From NCBI RefSeq assembly GCF_004010195.1, contig NC_057718.1:24672159-24736158 (forward strand): DNA of 64,000 bases, given 5' to 3'. The translations under genes were made by a program, and so were the position numbers. Below are positions 34,950-47,759 of the stretch, one piece after another. The notes beneath the pieces were generated by a model. The model was not told the origin of the DNA, did no database searches, and was given only the letters and a program-made list of their open reading frames with translations. Position 1 is the stretch's first letter. Every line of letters begins with the position of its first letter. The stretch is from Chiloscyllium plagiosum (Eukaryota).

Positions 34950-37900
34950 GTTTTGTTCATTTTGGGATGTGGGTGTTGCTGGCTGGCCAGTATTTGTTGC
35001 CCATCCCTAGTTGCTCTTGAGAAGGTGGTAGTGAGCTGTCTTCTTGAACAGCTGAAATCCACCTGCTGTTGTTTGACCTATAATGCCATTAGGAAGGGAA
35101 TTCCAGGATTTTGACCCAACAACAGTGAAGGAATGTTGATATATTTCCAAGTCAAGATGGTCAGTGGCTTGCAGTGGAACTTGAAGGTGGTGGTGTTCCC
35201 TTTAATCTGCTGCCCTTGTCTTTCTAGATAGAAGTGGTCATGTGTTTGGAAGATGCTGTCTGAGGATCTTTGGTGAATTTCTGCAATGAATCTTGTAGAT
35301 AGGACACACTGCGGCTACTGAGTGTTGGTGATGGAGGGAGTGGATGCTTGTGGATGCAGTGCCAATCAAGCGGGCTGCTTTATCCTGGATGGTATCAAGC
35401 TTCTTGGGTGTTGTTGGAGCTACATGTCTGACCTGCTCTTATAGCCAGTGTGTTTATGTAGTGAGTACTGTTGAGTTTGTGGTCAGTAACAATCCCCAGG
35501 ATGTTGATAATGGGGGAGTTTAGTGATGGTAGCACCATTGAATGTCAAGGTGGTTAGATTATTCCTTATTGGTGATGGTCAAACCCAGGTGTGAATATTA
35601 CTTACCACTTGTGAGCCGAAGCCTGGATATTGTCCAGATCTTGTTGTATTTGAACATGGACTGCTTCAGTATCTGAGGAGTCATGAATTGTGCTGAAAAT
35701 TGTGCAATCATTGGCCCACTTCTGGCCTTATGATGGAGGGATGGTCTCTGATGAAAAACTGAAGATGGTTGGGCCTAGGACACTACCCTGAAAAACTCCC
35801 ACAGAGATGTCCAGGAACTCAGAGAGCTGACCTCCAACAATCAGAACCATCTTCCTATGTTTCAGGTAATGACTCCAACCAACTGATTTGCCCCCAATAC
35901 CCATTGATTCCAGTTTTGCCAGGGCTCTTCGCTGCCACACTCCATCAAATGTAGTTCATGATGCCAAGGTAGCCACTCTCACCTCACCTCTGGAATTCAT
36001 CTCTATTGTCCATGTTTGAACCAAGGCTGTATTGAGGTCAAGAGCTGAGTGGCCCTGTTAGAACCCAAACTGGGCATCACTGTGCAGGTTATTGCTGAGC
36101 AGGTGCTGTTTGATAGCACTGTTGATGACACCTTCCATCACTTTACTGATGATCGAGAGTAGATTGAGGTGGCGGTAACTAGCAGCATTGGATTTGTCCT
36201 GCCGTTTATATACAGGACATACCTGGGTGATTTTCCACATTGTTGGGTAGATGCCAGTGTTGTAACTGTACTAGAACAGTTTGGGTAGGGGGCCAGCAAG
36301 TTCTAGAACACAACTCTTCAGTATGATTCCAGAATGTTGTCAGGGCCCGTAACCTTGGCAGTATCCAGTGCCTCCAATCATTTCTTGATATCATGGGGAG
36401 TGAATCGAATTGACTGAAGACTATTCTCTGTGATGCTGGGGACAAATGGAGGAGGCCGTGATGGATCGTCCACTCGGCACTTCTGGCTGAAGATTGCTGC
36501 GAAAGCTTCAGCATTATCTTTTGCACTGATGTGCTGGGCTCTTCCATCATTGAGGATGGAGATATTTGTGGAGAATCCTCCTCCAGTGAGTCGTTCAACC
36601 GTCCATCACCATTCACGACTGGATGTGGTAGGATTGCAAAGCTTAGATCTGATACATTGGTTATGGGATTGCATAGGTCTGACAATCACATGCTGCTTAT
36701 GCTATTTGTCATGCAAGTAGTCCTGTTTGGTAGCTTGACCAGGTTGACACCTCATCTTCAGGCATGCCTGGTGCTGCTCCTGGCATCCCCTCCTGCACTC
36801 TCCATTGAACCAGGGTTGAACCCCTGGCTTGATGGTAATGGTTGAGTGGGGGACATGCTGGCCAATGCTGTTACAGATATTCCTAGAGTACAATTCTGCT
36901 GCTGCTGATGGCCTCAAGGATGCCCAGTCAGGAGTTGCTAGATCTGTTTGAAGTCTGTCCCATTTAGCATGGTGATAATGCCACACAACACAACAGAAGT
37001 TATTCTCAATGTGAAGGTGGAACTTCATCTCCTCAAGGACTGTGCAGTGGTCATTCTTACTGATCCTGTCTTAGAGAGATGCATCTGCAGCTGGCGGATT
37101 GGTAAGGATGAGATTAAGTTTTTCCCTCTTGTTGGTTCCCTCACTATCTGCTGCCATTCTCTGGCAGCTATGTCTTTTAGGACCTGACCAGCTCAATCAG
37201 TAGTACAGCAGTTGAGTCACTCATGGTGGTGGACATTGAAATTCTCCAACCAAAGTACATCTTGTGCCCTTGCCATCCTCAATGCTTCCGCTGAGTGTTG
37301 TTCAACATGGAGGAGTACCAATTCATCAGCTGAGGGAGGACTGTACGTGGCAATCAGCAGGAGGTTTCCTTGTCCAGGTTTAACCTGAAGCCATGAGACT
37401 TCATACAGTCCAGAGTCAATGTTTAGGACACCTCTACTGGGTCTGTCCTATGGGTGGGACAGGACATTTCCAGGGATGGTGGATGATGGTGTCTGGACAT
37501 TGTTCTGTAAGGTATGATTCTTTGAGCATGACTATGACAGGCTGTTGCTTGACTAGTCTGTGAGGCAGCTCTCCCAAGTTTGTTACTAGCCTCCAGACGT
37601 TAGTATGGAGGATTTTACAGGGTTGACAGGCCTATTTCTACCATTGTCTTTTCCATTGGCGAGGTCAATGCCAAGTGATCCATCTGATTTCATTTCTTTG
37701 AGATTTAGTAGCAATTGGTACAACTGAATGACTTGTTAGACCATTTCCAAAGGGCAGTTGAGTGTCAACTACATTGCTGTGGTCTGGAGTCACATGCAGG
37801 CCAGGCCAGGTGAAGACAGCAGATTTTCTTCCCTGAAGGACAGTAGTGAACCAAATGGATTTTTCTGGCAATGATTTCATGGTCATAAGTAGATTCTTAA

Positions 37901-38313
37901 TTCTAGATTTTGTTTTAAAATTGAATTCGAATTCCACCATCTGCCATGGCAGGATTCGGATCCGGATCCCCAGGACATTAGCCAAGATTCCGGATTAATA
38001 GATTAGATTAGATTCCCTACAGTGTGGAAACAGGCCCTTCAGCCCAACAAGCCCACACCGACCCTCTGAAGAGTAACCCACCCAGACCCCATTTCCCTCT
38101 GACTAATGCACCTAACACTCTAGGCAATTTAGCATGGCCAATTCACCTGACCTGCACATTTTTGGACTGTGGGAGGAAACCCATGCAGACACGGGGAGAA
38201 TGTGCAAACTCCACACAGACAGTCACCCAAGGCTGGAATTGAACCCGGGACTCTGGCGCTGTGAGGCAGCAGTGCTAACCACTAGTGATAATACCACTCA
38301 GCCATTGCCTCCC
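34950..38313 (-). mobile_element. Near full-length decayed single-ORF LINE (APE endonuclease + RT) with tRNA-like 5' head; clade unresolved (CR1/L2/Crack-like group)
   Basis: EN start ~37640 (KLGEL-HRLVKQQP-IV-L-ESY); WKITQVCPVYKRQDKSNAASYR, DAQFGF, GVFQGSVLGPT; A-box tggctgagtgg ~38295-38305. Confidence 0.88.
38000..38281 (-). mobile_element. HE1-type V-SINE nested in the LINE head
   Basis: V-domain; (TCTAA)n tail. Confidence 0.93.
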
Positions 38314-39729
38314 TGGTTTTGGGCCAGGCATTACAGTGCTGCTGACACTGTGTTTATCTTGCAATGATGGTAGGCAATTTCTGCCCAGAATCCAGTTGTC
38401 TTAGGATTCTTGGCAGACACAACTTGCTCAGGAAATGCAATATTGAGAAGTGCAGTCATTCTTATGGAAGAGCAAATAGGTTTCACCCTGAATACAACCT
38501 AATGGCTCTTTACAGAGGTAGAAGAGGGCTGTTGGACAATCCTTCATCCCTGGCTTCTTGTTGTTCAAGTAATCCCCAGACAGCAAAGTACCTTCTATCA
38601 GGTTGATGTTCAAAAAGTCCTAGTGGGCATCTTCAGCAAAGCAGGCAGTTATCACCAATCATGTGATTTCTAGTAAGCCTTAATAAAAATCTCCAAATTC
38701 CGTACTGATCTTTCAACAACAAAACATTCCATAAAACTTGAAATAAAACTAAACATTCTCACTACGCATCATAACATAAATATTAAATATGAAGCATCTT
38801 CATCACAATAGACAGGACATTTACAGCAAGGTAATAAATTGAAGATACATACTCACTCACAACCATCTTAACCCTGGGAACACTAAATAGAATATATTAC
38901 CAACATCCACCCATTTGTGCAGAATGCCACAATCTAGAATGAGGAACAGCTAGCTGTTCCTCGACGGTATGATTTAAAAAAAAACTCCTACTTATTCTGG
39001 GACCTATCAGAATGGTAATATGGTCCTGAGAAGGAAATTGGATGTCTTTAGTGGAAATAATGTAAAGAATAACGGAAAGTCTCCATTTGTAATATTGTCA
39101 TGGTGACTTGTTTTTTTAGAAGAAGACAATTCAAAGGCCTCAATCATTTAAGAGAAGTCCGGACAGTCTGGAGACATTTTGACAGGTACAAAATGAATTG
39201 TTCCAAAAACCCAAACACAATGATTAATTCATCAGTTCATTCTTCTGAATAATTACATTGTAGATGAAAAGGAAAGATGAATGTCACACATTCCAGCAAA
39301 CTAATTAGTAATCTCCACCACCCATACCACCCATTTTTATGCTGGGCAACAGTTTAAAAATATATTTTCTACTATCACTTTCCATCACCATAGAATTGAA
39401 ATACATAGGTATCATATGCAACATATTAAGCACACCAGCTATTTGGACAATTCAACAGCTTTATACACTTTAATAAAGTGTGATGGCCTTAATTAAACTA
39501 CATTTTACACATTCTACAATATTCCATTTGCCATTTTAAAAGCTTCGCTGATTCAGGGAAATTAAAATGTTCAGTAAGTATCTTTCAGTTTGTACCACTA
39601 ATTATTCATCTGTTATTTGGGAGCTAACTAAATCCATACTATAATTCAGTCAGAAATTGCATCCATTTATTACTGGGAGCCTGGTGAAATACTGGCTGAG
39701 TGATTTAATTACATACATTTGTTCATTGT

Positions 39730-40182
39730 CAAAAGCATGGCGCTAGAAAAGCACAGCAGGTCAGGCAGCATCTGAGGAACAGGAGAATCAACATTTTGGG
39801 CATAAGCCCTTCATCACAAAATATGGAGAGGGGGCTGAGAGATATTTAGGAAGGTGGGGGTGGGGGTGAGATAACTGGGAAGGTGATACGTAGATGCAGG
39901 TGGGAGGTGATGGTGGAAGGTCGGAGGGGAGGGTAAAGTGGTTAAGTCAGAAGGAAGATGGACAGATAGGACAGTTTAAGAGGATGGTGCCGAGTTGGAG
40001 AGTTGGATCTGGGATGAGGTGGGAGGAGGGGAGATGAGGAAACAGGTGAAGTCAACATTGATGCCATGTGGTTTGAGGGTCACGGTGGAAGATGAGGCAT
40101 TCTTCCTCCAGGCGTCAGGTGGCTAGAATTTGGTGGTGGAGGCCCAAGACTTGCATGTCCTTGGCAGAGTGGGGGGGAGGGG
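39730..40182 (-). mobile_element. Penelope-like pLTR/GIY-YIG end
   Basis: Homologous to 23445-23910; 14-bp TSD catttgttcattgt (39716-39729, 40183-40196). Confidence 0.88.
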
Positions 40183-43100
40183 CATTTGTTCATTGTAAGA
40201 CCTTGAGTTTTTTTGCTCTAACTCAACACTTTAGGGCATTGATGATTCATGCATGAACAAGATAAAGCTGGAAGACTATAATAATGTACGTTTGGGTGAG
40301 GCATTACAGTGCTACTGACACTGTCTTTATCTTATAATGATGGTAGGCAATTTCTGCTCATACAATCATGGCCTCTGTAAGGGGTGAGGGCAATAATCCA
40401 TTGATTTGACTTCATTCTGGCAACTCCTGTGTTCCTAATGTGTAGGAGAGACAAACCAAAATAATGTGAAGAGGATTAGTGCTGTTTCCCATACATTCAA
40501 GCACATTTGTGGAAATTTTAGTTGCAAGGTGGTTTGGATTCACAACAAAGATGATTTTGTAGTGTAAAGGTCTGTTAAGATGTCATTTTATTAACAATGT
40601 TTTATTCAGCATCAAATCCCCACTTGCCATCCACATCCATCGTTACCTCTTGCTTACAGCATGGCTGTCTACCTTGAGGGAAATGGTATGGCAAGAAAAG
40701 AAGATGCAAGGATTATCAACTGTGGATATACTTTGGGGTAGTGGCTCAGTGGCTTCAGGATTGCTGTGAGACATGGCTAAGCATCCTTGGCTGAGCTGAA
40801 TCATGCCTGCTCAAGTAATCTCTAGCAAATAGGTGAGTGGCTGCCAATGTCCCTTGTAACATCGTCAAAAACCAAACCTAAAAGTAACATTGTTTTTAAA
40901 AACTCAAAAATACCACAAACAAATGTACTAGGATTTTATCTGGGTTTTTATCTCTTGCTCCAATTTAGTTTTAAATTATTTGCTGGGCAATTTAGTAAAA
41001 TTATCAATGAGAATTCTGTAAAAATCATGAATTTTCATCAGACTTAAGATTTAATCTTATATTAAGGAATTCCTTTTATTATACAGTTTAAATAGTGAGT
41101 TACTCATAATTCTTGTTTTCCCACAAGGCCTCCTATCATAGTTTCCTAACAATGTTACATGTGGGAGATCATTGTGCATCACAAACTACCCCCAGATCTA
41201 CTCTACATTACCTCTAACGAGTTCACTACTATCTGAAATAGCTCTAGTGACATGCTCAGCTGATGGTAGCATGTAAATTAGCCAAAAACTGCTTTGAGCA
41301 GCAATTATGAGTACCCCGCAATGAATCATTGAGGACTGAAAGTACTCGTAAGATAATTATAACAAGTTGATCTGATAAAAAGAATAGATGATACTGTACA
41401 TACTAAAAATGTACAGCCAATATGGCAATGTTGCCAAGATCACTTATTTTGACAGAAACACAGACAATAGTTCAAAAGATTGTCCAGACACTTTAATGTG
41501 TCTTAAAAATTGGACAGGCTGTGTAGTACTTCATGACTGATTTTTCTGCATGCACTGTGCCAGCCAATCTTCTGTGTCCATGCATCTCATTGCCCCACAC
41601 TGTTTTCCAAAAATGTTTCCAGTTCAAATCAGGAACATTCAAAGTTCAAGAATGCTGCATTTGAATTAATCAAGATTAGGAACGTGATAAAGTATTAACT
41701 TTTCTACTCTCTGCGACTGAGAGATTCAAGAATTTCGTGTATTTCTTCCACTTTTGAAATTGCATTGCTATAATATGATTAGAATTTTCCTTCACACCAC
41801 ATTTTTTGCCTTGCAATTTTCTGGTATTTCCTGATTTGCATTAAATAAACTGTTTCCATATTTCTGAGAACCCAGTTTAATTGTCTGCATGTGGTCACAG
41901 GAATTGATTTAATTTAAAAATGTTATTCTGTATGATATAGAGAATTATTTGTTTCACCTTGATTCTCAGAGCAAGGCTGGCACCTGGTTTCATTGACCTC
42001 GTGTGCCAGAGATAATATAGTTGGTCTTACATTTGTGCAGGGACTGCTAATAAGCCACTTAGTTTTAAGCACTTTGCTGGAAAGACAGCCTGTGTAACAA
42101 TGTGGTGCAAATATGGCATCAAAACAAAATTTCTTTTACAGATATAGACAATTTAGTCTCACAAAGAAAGTGATTTTGATTTTGAGTGACAATGTAACAT
42201 AAAAGATGTTATTTCAACATCCTATTATTTTCCACAGTGTTCAATTTGTCCCTGCAACAGACACAGACTTCTTTCCATGGTGTTTTTTTTGTATGTTTTT
42301 TTCAAACGGTAGCTTTGGGGCTGGGAGTAATTCATTCAACAGAATGATCCAATCTGTTCGATAGACTACAGACCAGGTATAATACAAACGATTGCTGGAG
42401 TTTCTCTTTGTGATTGAGTATGTATCAAAAGAGTGGAGTCTTTATCACTGCTGTGACCTCACTGGAATTCAAAGCTTCGACTGTCATTATGGTCTTTCAT
42501 TTAACTTGGTTATGAAGGGTACTTTCTTAGTTTCTCTCATTATAACATACATTTGTTTTTGTCTTCAGCAACTTTCCACTATTTCCAGATTTGTTTTAGG
42601 CTCCCTGACCTCAAGAAAGTGCCTGATAAAAACACAGCATGAGTTCGACTGTCATTCTGAAATCTAACCATTACGCTATATTGAGCCAGGCCCCAAAGAC
42701 CAAGGCATTAAATATGTTAGTGCTGTCTAGTGGCAAAATATTTTGGATATTTCATATACATACACAGGCAAGCTTGATGATAGTACCCATATATATATGG
42801 GTGCAAAGGGTGTACCTCCCACAATGATATTTGAATACTTTCATTACCAGATGTTTATCCCATCAGGAAAGACTGATGTTGGCAATTTATTCTCCCAACT
42901 CCCAATGGTTTGATGATGCTGGCTATCCTAGACAATTGAAATATTCCATAACTTAAACTGGTTTCTACGGTTTGCTGATTTTTTCTGTCTGAAATGACAA
43001 TTATCTAACATTTCTTTCCAGGCAACAGAATTTAAACAAAGAGTACAAAGCCAATACCATACATACATTCACATTAACTTCTGCATCTAAAGGGCATTGG

Positions 43101-43271
43101 AGGTGGCACATTAAAACATTTACAGAAACTACGCAAAAATATTTACATCTGTCAGGCAAGACTGAAACTGACACTCTGCTCTAAAAATGGAAACGCTGAG
43201 GTTTTAGCCTGAAAGGGATCTCGAAAAATATTAAAGGTTTTTGATGGGATAGACATTCAAAAATAGTCTTC

Positions 43272-44187
43272 TTTTTTTTATTTCAAAAATATACTTTATT
43301 CATAAAATAATTTGATGGTCTGTACAGTTGGTCATGCCATACATATGTAAACATGTACACACAGAGATCAGAATTTATCATTTTTATACAGGTCTGTACA
43401 TTTTTCAATCATATGCCCATATAATTAGCTGAGGCGTCAGCAGAGCCCAAATGACTGCATGGGCCCCCTGTTCTTCGTTAGGCAGGCAGACTTTACACAG
43501 TGGTCTTTCCCCACCGCGCCTTGGCGCAGCTGCCCCAAGCTTAAGCGCATCCCTCAACACGTAGTCCTGGACCTTGGAATGTGCCAGTCTGCAGCACTCA
43601 GTCGGGGTCAACTCCTTCAGCTGGAAGATCAGCAGGTTTCGGACCACCCAGAGAGCGTCCTTCACCAAGTTGATGATCCTCNNNNNNNNNNNNNNNNNTA
43701 GAGCACGGAGTCCCGCGTCACGGCGCTGCTCGGGACGAACCTCGACAAACACCACTGCATTCCTCTCCAGACTTCCTCTGCATTGGCACATTCCAGAAGG
43801 AGGTATGTGACAGTCTCGTCCCCCCCGTAGCCGCTTCGAGGGCAGCGTGCGGTACGGCTGAGAGTCCGGACGTGCATAAAGGATCTCACAGGCAGAGCCC
43901 TTCTCACCACCAGCCAAGCCATGTCTTGGTGCTTGTTGGAAAGTTCTGGCGATGAGGCATTCTGCCAAATGGCTTTGACAGTCTGCTCAGGGAACCGCTC
44001 GATAGGATCCGCCCTCTCCTTTTCCCGAAGGGTCTCAAGGACACTACGTGCTGACCACTTCCTACTGGACTTGTGGTCAAAGGTGTTTACGGTCACCTTG
44101 CAATCCGCCACCATGTGGCCTGACCTCCCGCAGGTTCGGCACACTTTTGGCTGCCCTGCGTATGTCAGGTAACCTCTGCTTCCTGCG
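43272..44187 (-). mobile_element. Tx1/L1-group retrotransposon fragment, internally deleted
   Basis: CCHC knuckle CRTCGRSGHMVADC joined to a zf-RVT-like ORF2 end; poly(A) and AATAAA; 9-bp TSD atagtcttc (43263-43271, 44188-44196). Confidence 0.9.
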
Positions 44188-45042
44188 ATAGTCTTCACTT
44201 CTGAAGGAACCTAAATCTAGGGGTGCTAAATGTTGAATGGCCACTAACAAATCCAGAGAGTAGTGGAGGGGAAACCTCTTCATCCAGAGTGTGGTTTGAA
44301 AATGGCACTTGCTACCTCATGAAATATTGCAGCAAAGAGCAGAGATGCATTCAAGTGGAAGCTGACTAAGTACACACAGGGAAAGCAATCGAAGATTTGA
44401 AAGCAATTGAAAATTATGTTAATATACAGCAGTAATGCCAGCAAAGGCCAGTCAAATCAAATGGATTATTTCTGTGCTGTGAATTTTGTATAACTGGTGT
44501 GGTCACTATTTTAACAGAAGTAATGATATATTTAAAATAGTTATATTATCCCTTCTGTTCAAAAGATTTCGACTGCTGACATCATACAGCATCATTTCAA
44601 TGTCCCAGTGGCTTCACTATTTTTATGCCGAAACAATTAGAGGGTTTCAACAGAAATTTGAGCTTTGGGATAGGATTTTGTATTTCTACAAACATAGTTC
44701 AGGGGAGGCATAATGCCAGAAATTTAGCTCACCAGCCAATGCAGCAAAATTATGTGCCATCCACCTTTATTCCTGTCTTAATCTTGGGATGGAAACCCTG
44801 TCCTTTGATGAAATTTCAAGCACAGTTTCTCTTTTCTATCTAGTGATTGAAGAGACAGTAACCTCCTTGTGACTATTTAAAGAACTTCAGGAAGTTCTGT
44901 GATTCTGACAAACTATCCTTCTGAAAGCAACAACACCAAACATAACATTGATTGGTTCATCATTTCTTTACTGTTTGGATGCTCCATTTTTTTCTACCGA
45001 GTAACGGCTAACATACTTCAAAGTAGTTTGGTGTATATGACC

Positions 45043-45740
45043 TTGGAGACCTTGGAGTGCAGGTTCATAGTTCCTTGAAGGTGGAGTCGCAGGTAGATAG
45101 GATAGTGAAGAAGGCATTTGGAATGCATTCCTTTATTGGTTAGTGCATTGAGTACAGAAGTTGGTAGGTCATGTTGCAATTGTACAGGACGTTGATTAGG
45201 CCACTTTTGGAATATCGTGTGCGATTCTGATCTCCTTCCTATTGGAAGCATGTTGTGAAACTTGAAAGGGTTTAGAAAAGATTTACAAGGATGTTGTCAG
45301 GGTTTGAGGGTTTGATCTGTAGGGAGAGGCTGAATAGGCTGGGGCTGTTTTCTTTGGAGACTCAGGGGTGACCTTATAGAGGTTTATAAAATCATAAAGG
45401 AGCATATATAGCGTAAATAGACAAGGTCCTTTCTCTGGGGTGGGTGAACTAGAAGGCAGAGGTTTACGGTGAGAGGGTAAAAGATTTAAAAGGGACCTGG
45501 GGACAACGTTTTTACGCAGAAAGTGGTGCGTATATGGAATGAGCTGCCAGAGGAAGTGGTGGAGGCTGGTACAATTGCAACATTTAAAAGGCATCTGGAT
45601 AGGTATATGAATAGGAAGAGTTTTGAGGGATATGGACCAGGTGCTAGCAAATGGGACTAGATTAACGTAGGATAGCTAGTCAGTATGGATGGGTTGGACC
45701 GAAGGGTCTGTTTCTATGCTGTACATCTCTATGACTCTAT
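45043..45740 (+). mobile_element. HER1/CR1 LINE 3' end
   Basis: CR1 ORF2 C-terminus; ctctatgactctat tail. Confidence 0.93.
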
Positions 45741-45909
45741 GTGCAACATTTCTGAAATGTTTGAAGGTTCTATAAATGAGCCTTTGATAAGATTAAATGG
45801 AGTACCATACATAGTAGGGATAATATAATTCCATGATGTTTTAAATGCAACATATGTATAAATTAGAACAAAGAACTGCAGATACTGGCGATCTGAAGCA
45901 AACAATAAC

Positions 45910-46657
45910 CGCTGTGCCATCCCACCGCTGAGTGGCCGTGCCCCCCCCACCACTGAGCCACCATGCCACCCCATCACTAAGCCACCATGCCACCCCACCA
46001 CTGAGTGACCATGCTGCCCCACCACTGAGCCACCGTGCTGCCCCACTACTGAGCCACCGTGCTGCCCCACCACTGAGCCCACCACTGAGCACCATGCTGC
46101 CCCACCACTGAGCCCACCACTGAGCCACCGTGCTGCCCCACCACTGAGCCACCGTGTTGCCCCACCACTGAGCCACCGTGCTGCCCCACCACTGAGCCCA
46201 CCACTGAGCACCGTGCTGCCCCATCACTGAGCTACCGTGCTGCCCCATCACTGAGCCACCGTGCTGCCCCACCACTGAGCCACCGTGCTGCCCCACCACT
46301 GAGCCACCGTGCTGCCCCACCACTGAGCTACCATGCTGCCCCACCACTGAGCCCACCGTGCTGCCCCACCACTGAGCCACTGTGCTGCCCCACCACTGAG
46401 CCACCGTGCTGCCCCACCAATGAGCCACCGTGCCGTCCCACCAATGAGCCACTGTGCCTTCCCACCACTGAGCCACTGTGCCGTCCCACCAATGAGCCAT
46501 TGTGCCGTCCCACCAATGAGCCATTGTGCCGTCCCACCACTGAGCCACTGTGCCGTCCCACCAATGAGCCATTGTGCCGTCCCACCACTGAGCCACCGTG
46601 CTGCCCCACCACTGAGCCACTGTGCCGTCCCTCACACTGAGCCACTGTGAGCCACTA
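45910..46657. repeat. 24-bp minisatellite (ccactgagccaccgtgctgcccca)n, about 30 units
   Basis: Seen directly; produces 8-aa periodic pseudo-ORFs. Confidence 0.97.
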
Positions 46658-47759
46658 TCTTTGTTTTGTTTTGGAGGGATTCAGAACAATCTCAAGCAGT
46701 TAAACCCATTGGACCCAGCAGACACTATCTTCTTGCTGATTTTTTTCAGTGTTGGTGTTTTTCTGATATTGCAACAAAACAATGCTTATCAGCAAAGCCA
46801 CATTAAGTACATTATTTAAACAACCTGTTACTAGGGAAACGCATGTTAAGAACAGAACTCTTACCATAATTCATTTCGTTAGATCTATGTGGCAGCTGAG
46901 GTAAGAGGTTTCTAATAATAATACTGAGATACATGCATTTATAAAATGCCTTATCAGTTTGAAGAGCACTTTAGACTTTGAATTATTTTCTGAAGTGCAG
47001 CAGTTGGTATTATGTGGATGGGTAAACACAGCAGCACCTCTGCATCTGTGTCATCCCATAAACAACCATGAGATGGCAGCCCAATCAATCTTATTTTATA
47101 CTTGCTCAGGGAGGAGTATTGGCAAGGGCACACAAATTACTCCGTCACATGTATTATTAATGTCTGCCTGAGGTCTGCAAGGGAATCTTGGTGTGGCTGC
47201 TCATGTACAGGAAGACGCAGCCTTTAATGAATTGTTGTCCTCTGCCTGGACTGAAATGTCAACCCAGATTGTTAGCATAATTCAGCTCACTTTCTGTCCA
47301 GAAAGGAAAATGAGTGAAGTCAATATGTAAAGGTCTAGAAATTCGATTTTGCCTGATGATGGGTATGGAGGGCCAAATGTGCACTGTTACTACCTGCTCT
47401 GCTGGATGCAAGGGCATGTGCAAGTTGTGCTGGGGCTTGGGCATCAATCAGACAACAACATCCATGCTTTTTATTGGCTATTACCTGTTTTGAGGAGAGT
47501 GTGGGGCTGTGTAGGCACTGGGGGAGGTTCAGGCTCCTCTGCTTTCAGTTATAGCCAGTCAATACCTCTCAAAGGGGAGATGTACTATGGCAGGTAGGCT
47601 TAAGGTGGCTAAAGCAAATAGAATGCTAACGTTACAAAGGGGAACCAGGTACTCTACTGCAACCTTAGAGACTCTGGTATGCCTGAACCAAACTGGCACT
47701 GTACCTGGCTGCAGGATCTGAGAACTTCACACTCCTCAGTGATACAATTCCCTCTGAGC

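Noticed and set aside
40660..40832. Plus-strand AG...GTGAGT exon-like segment
   Set aside because: Stops in all three frames, antisense to the host gene, no other support
45729..46650. Long ORFs of 160-264 aa with W/G/H-rich periodicity
   Set aside because: Artefacts of the stop-free 24-bp minisatellite; open in several frames
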